Source: Vicugna vicugna (Eukaryota). From it: a stretch of DNA of 39,332 nucleotides. The stretch lies in contig MU058065.1 in NCBI GenBank assembly GCA_013265495.1, forward strand, positions 8,432,302 through 8,471,633. Reading direction: 5' to 3'. Position 1 is the stretch's first letter; every line of letters starts with the position of its first letter. Below, piece by piece: positions 37,620 through 39,332 of the stretch. Below the pieces are notes generated by a model. The model was not told the origin of the DNA. It saw nothing but the letters and a program-made list of their open reading frames with translations, and did not search any database. A program made the translations under genes and the position numbers.

Positions 37620-38426
37620 CCACATCTACAGACCCACTCAGCCAACCAGAGCACCTGCGGAACTCCGACAGATCATTGCCCTCTTCAAAAGATTAAGATG
37701 CCAAAAATCTGGTAGGCGAAAAGGAAAAAAGAAAGAACAAAAGGCAAAGCAGCGCGGGAGGGGTCCCACAGGGAGGGAGCGGCAAAGGAGGACTGGCGCT
37801 CGCTCGCTGGGTCTCCCCTCTCCAATTGAGAGGCCAGTGGGACGGAGGGGGAGCCTCCGAGGCTCGGATCTCTACAGAGCAGCCCTTTTTGTGACAGAAC
37901 TAAGTTAAACGAGCACAGAGCTTCCCCCCGACACTCAGCCTGAGACGTGGGCTGGCAGCGGCGGGCAGGGCCAGGCTGCACAAGCCGGGCGGAGGACGGG
38001 GGCGGCTGCACGGAGGCAGCCCCGGGGGACTGCAAGGGGCTGGGCGCCGTGGCTGTGGGTGTACAGGACAGAACAACCTGGGCCCTCCATAAAACAGCAA
38101 GGTTGATGTGCTCTCGGGGGAAGGGGGCATACCCCCATCTCTGAAAACCCGCTGAAACTTTTCAGGGGAAGAGAGGCGGGGCCCAGGCAGAGCCGCCATA
38201 TTCTCCGGCGCTTAGCACCCAGGCGGGGGCAGAGGCGAAACCTGCATCCGCACCGAAGGGCTTAGCAGCCTCAAGGGCCAGACTGAGCCGGGCCTACAGC
38301 CCGGGGCAGATAGGACCCTTCCATCCTGGTCCCTCAGAGAACTTGCTCCACAAGGACAAACAAGGAGCTGGGTCTTGGCTCAGAGCAGGGATGAGGCCGC
38401 CCCCTCGGTCTTCCCCGAGCCCACCC

Positions 38427-38468
38427 GCGGAGCGCGACCAGGGCGGAGCGCGACCAGGGCGGAGCGCG
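38427..38468 (+). repeat. 16-bp tandem repeat GCGGAGCGCGACCAGG x2.6 in the L1 5'UTR
   Basis: Read directly from the sequence. Confidence 0.9.
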
Positions 38469-39287
38469 CAGCCGCACAGAGCAGTGGAGCTACCAGCAGT
38501 GCAGGCAGAGGGAGAGCGGCCCCCCGCCTGTCGGAGAAGAACACAGCCCCTGACCAAGGTGCTGGGAGGGGGCACGACCTGCCTTCCTGCCTGGCCAGTC
38601 TGCAACATCTGACTGCGGCATCCGGAGGGGCAGTGACCCGCCCGCCCGCAGCAGAGGAGAGCTGCATCTGACCCCGTGTTAGGAGGCGCGATCTGCTTGC
38701 CGGTAGGTGATGGGAGCAGCACAGAAGAGGATGCCAACGGAGGGCCTATGAAAACAAGCTGAGCTTCCAAAACAGGACGAAGACAGAAGGACTTCACATT
38801 AAAAGCACAGACTCCAGGAGAACACCGACAACCCCCTTTTTGTTTTTTGTTTTTGTTTTTGTTTTTTTTTAAATCTGTTTTTACCTGTTCTATTTTCAAT
38901 TACTCTCTTAATTTTTACTTCTTAATTCATTTCTATTTCTCTTGGGGTTTGATGTCCTGTTATTGATTAGACACAGGCTTCAAACACATATATTCATCTC
39001 CCCACCCCTTTTTTGTTTCTTTTTTTTTTTTAAAGGTTTTAAAAGGACGTCTCCACCCGATTAATACTCTGCTTCAACCCGCTCTTCTATTATTCATTAT
39101 ACACTGTTTTCAAACCCTCTTTCTCTATTCTTTTAAAAATCTTTCTCTCTCTCTCTTATTTTTTTCTTTTTTTTCTTTCTTTCTTTTTTTTTCCTAAGTT
39201 CTATTCCTAAATAGGCATTAGATAGATAAAATCCTTAAGATCCAAAATAGACAACTGATACTCCATAAACCACAGTGCCAGAGAGGT

Positions 39288-39332
39288 ATGAGCAAGATGA
39301 AGAAGCAGAGAAACCTTTCCCAATTAAAAGAA
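39288..39332 (+). CDS. LINE-1 ORF1p N-terminus, truncated by window edge: MSKMKKQRNLSQLKE
   Basis: ATG right after the T-rich end of the 5'UTR; resembles the MKxQRNxSQxKE start of laurasiatherian L1 ORF1. Only 15 codons are visible. Confidence 0.7.
   Translation, partial: MSKMKKQRNLSQLKE

Larger units (their letters stand above)
37552..39332 (+). mobile_element. LINE-1, 5'-intact: ~1.7 kb CpG-rich 5'UTR plus ORF1 start, running off the window; antisense to XRCC5 in intron 5
   Basis: Starts GGGGAGAGGCAAGATGGCGG (typical L1 5' end with YY1 site) after TT|AAAA plus a putative 15-bp TSD AAAACAAAGCTTCCT (37537-37551). GC/CpG-rich to ~38800, then a T-rich tract, then an ORF1-like N-terminus. Confidence 0.9.

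Noticed and set aside
38294..38899. 201-aa antisense ORF in the L1 5'UTR (ORF0-like?)
   Set aside because: It starts at TTG inside a low-complexity tract, resembles no protein I recognise, and long stop-free frames are expected in GC-rich DNA.

Overview
Mammalian genomic DNA, most likely camelid (it carries vic-1-type tRNA-derived SINEs). The window covers the middle of XRCC5 (Ku80) on the minus strand. Eleven consecutive coding exons (human-equivalent exons 6-16) can be placed to the base. All have GT-AG boundaries and join in one open frame, running from the end of the vWA domain through the beta-barrel, ring and C-terminal arm to the NLS and the start of the C-terminal region. Exons 1-5 lie beyond the right edge and exons 17-21 beyond the left. 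Introns contain old MIR, L2, hAT/Tigger and MaLR-like relics, a three-layer nested L1/L1/SINE insertion with readable target-site duplications, and two abutting SINEs. At the right end is a CpG-rich, 5'-intact LINE-1 antisense to XRCC5 in intron 5, whose host/L1 5' junction is duplicated as an exact 131-bp tandem copy. Apart from fragments of XRCC5 exons, the supplied ORFs look spurious. I found no convincing new biological system; the best leads are the L1 and its junction duplication, a possibly MIR-derived branch point for exon 6, and a few cryptic-exon candidates. Repeat family names and edges were assigned by eye and are approximate.
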